Assembly: GCF_002113885.1 (NCBI RefSeq) | Contig: NW_018407068.1 | Coordinates: 293,849 to 357,848 of the forward strand | Direction: 5' to 3' | DNA: 64,000 nucleotides | Origin: Mizuhopecten yessoensis | Taxonomy: Eukaryota | Shown here: positions 61,895 through 64,000 of the stretch, piece by piece | Position numbering within the stretch: the first letter of the stretch is position 1 | Layout: each line of letters starts with the position of its first letter | The notes under the pieces: model-generated | Told to the model about the DNA's origin: nothing | The model's database searches: none | What the model saw: the letters and a program-made list of their open reading frames with translations, nothing else | Program-made: the position numbers and the translations under genes

Positions 61895-62804
61895 ACTTAC
61901 TAGGAATCACTATTTATGTTGTGGATGGTGTACGCTTGCTAGGAATCGCTGTCTATGTTGTGGATGTTGTACACTTGCTAGGAATCACTGTCTATGTTGT
62001 GGATGTTGTAAGCTTGCTAGGAATCACTGTCTATGTTGACGATGTTGTAAGCTTGCTGGGAATCACTGTCTATGTTGTGGATGTTGTAAGCTTGCTAGGA
62101 ATCACTATCTATCTTGTGGATGTTGTAAGCTTGCTAGGATTCACTGTCTATGTTGTGGATGTTGTAAGCTTGCTAGGAATCACTGTCTATGTTGTGGATG
62201 GTGTAAGCTTGCTAGGAATCACTATCTATGTTGTGGATGCTGTAAGCTTGCTAGGAATCACTATCTATCTTGTGGGTGTTGTAAGCTTGCTAGGATTCAC
62301 TGTCTATGTTGTGGATGTTGTACGCTTGCTAGGAATCGCTGTCTATGTTGTGGATGTTGTACACTTGCTAGGAATCACTGTCTATGTTGTGGATATTGTA
62401 AGCTTGCTAGGAATCACTATTTATGTTGTGGATGGTGTAAGCTTGCTAGGAATCGCTGTCTATGTTGTGGATGTTGTACAGTTGCTAGGAATCACTGTCT
62501 ATGTTGGGGATGTTGTATGCTTGCTAGAAATTACTGTCTATGTTGTGATGGGGTAAGCTTGCTAGGAATCACTATCTATGTTGGGGATGTTGTAAGCTTG
62601 CTAGGAATCACTATTTATGTTGTGGATGGTGTAAGCTTGCTAGGAATTATTGTCTATGTTGTGGATGTTGTAAGCTTGTTAGGAATCACTGTCTATGTTG
62701 TGGATGTTGTATGCTTGCTAGAAATTACTGTCTATGTTGTGATGGTGTAAGCTTGCTAGGAATCACTATCTATGTTGTGGATGCTGTAAGCTTGCTAGGA
62801 ATCA
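61895..62804. repeat. 39-bp minisatellite (~23 copies)
   Basis: Unit GCTTGCTAGGAATCACTGTCTATGTTGTGGATGTTGTAA. Confidence 0.96.
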
Positions 62805-63019
62805 ATGTTTCTAAATTATTTGATTTAAGGATCACCGTACCACTGCCAAAAATTTTAACGATGTGTTTGAAACTATTTTTTCCAGCATGACTATAGCTTT
62901 AATTAATTGTTTATGAAAAGAAAACCCAACTTTGCGGGACTTTAATGAGAAATAAAAATGATGAAATAAACAAAATATAATCAACAACAGTTGTTTTAGT
63001 GTAAAAAAACCCAACATAG

Positions 63020-63093
63020 AGGTAAGACCGGGATTCAAACTCTGGACTTCAGGTTGATATACTATCGCTCCAACCGATTGTGCTACCTGGTCA
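63020..63093 (-). mobile_element. Decayed tRNA-like/SINE head
   Basis: Minus strand reads GACCAGGTAGCACAATCGGTTGGAGCG...GAGTTTGAATCCCGGTCT (A- and B-box-like); imperfect cloverleaf. Confidence 0.5.
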
Positions 63094-64000
63094 ACAGAAG
63101 TACCATTGTCCAACTGTGCTACAGTTATATCCAAGCGGAAGTTAAGGGGAGGTAACTGTATATAGGTAAAAGCACATTGCAGTGGGACAGGGATCCTTAA
63201 ATAAAGTCAGATGATGACAATCAAGTAAAAAAAAAACTTTTTTCTTCTTCTATTATTTTAAATTTTGTAAAAAACATGAAAAATAAATATCTATGTCAAT
63301 GTATTGTCCAACCACATTATATTATTTCTATGACCCTTCACAAGTTCATCCACACACTAAATCATATTTGTATATCTGGGTAAGAGAGACTGATAATGAC
63401 AGTCCAAAAGACCAGTACAGGCACACAGACTCATCCAAAACATTAAACAAACATTCATTTTACACACACATTTCAAGTGAAGGAGCTGGCCATGGCTAAT
63501 TGGGTTAAACTTCGTACAGGTATCAGTATAATGTAAACAGAAGCTCTCATTGAACAAGAAATGGAGTTTTGGCAACAATATATCTGTTCTATGTGACCTC
63601 AGGCTCATAAAACAGTCTTAGACCCAAGTCCAAATTTCATATGTTAAAAATATATATATATTTGGAAAAAAGTTTAAAATATTTACTATAATACCTGTAC
63701 ATGTACCGGTTATGTATGAATCACATTTTGAAATGGAACTGAAATATTTTCATGATTGTAGGCCAGGTATGAAAATATTATGACATGATGTGATTATTGC
63801 AACAAACAGAAATGAAAATATCAAATCAGAACACAGATATAGATGGGAGTGAGTAACACAGCAAACTAAACTCCATTTGTGACTGATCGTAACAGATGTC
63901 GGTGAGATCACTCTTTACGATATAACAGACTGACAATGTAAACTCAATGATTTTTGTTTGTTTCTGATACAATAGACTGATGTTTGAAGTTTTATAATTT

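Noticed and set aside
61921-62750. 211-aa Val-rich hydrophobic repeat ORF
   Set aside because: Translation of a 39-bp minisatellite with no true ATG start or supporting exons.
58900-64000. Scattered splice-like signals (e.g. AGG|GTAAGT near 61029) suggesting another gene
   Set aside because: No phase-consistent coding exons or recognisable protein could be assembled.

Overview
Eukaryotic, AT-rich animal genomic DNA; the repeat families suggest a bivalve mollusc (inference). I reconstructed five spliced genes by hand, in alternating orientation (- + - + -). (1) EME1 (minus, 3' end runs off the window) lies head-to-head with (2) MRPL27, the same pairing as in human. (3) An LRRC14/PRAME-family LRR gene (minus) lies head-to-head with (4) MRPS7, which needs one GC-AG intron. 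(5) An 8-coding-exon minus-strand gene (55054..41239, 321 aa) is largely invisible in the ORF track. It encodes an MGxxxS N-terminus, a calcineurin-B/CHP-like EF-hand body and a C-terminal Death-domain-like region. One intron of gene 5 carries a ~6 kb, ~150-copy array of a 39-40 bp unit made of the exon's own 3' end plus its 5' splice donor, with most copied donors folded into a hairpin. A second donor of the same gene is also duplicated. The rest of the window is satellite-bearing Helentron-type non-autonomous elements, LINE and Penelope fragments, an IS3EU-like transposon, tRNA-derived SINEs, MITEs and minisatellites. No database searches were possible, so all family assignments rest on motif recognition.
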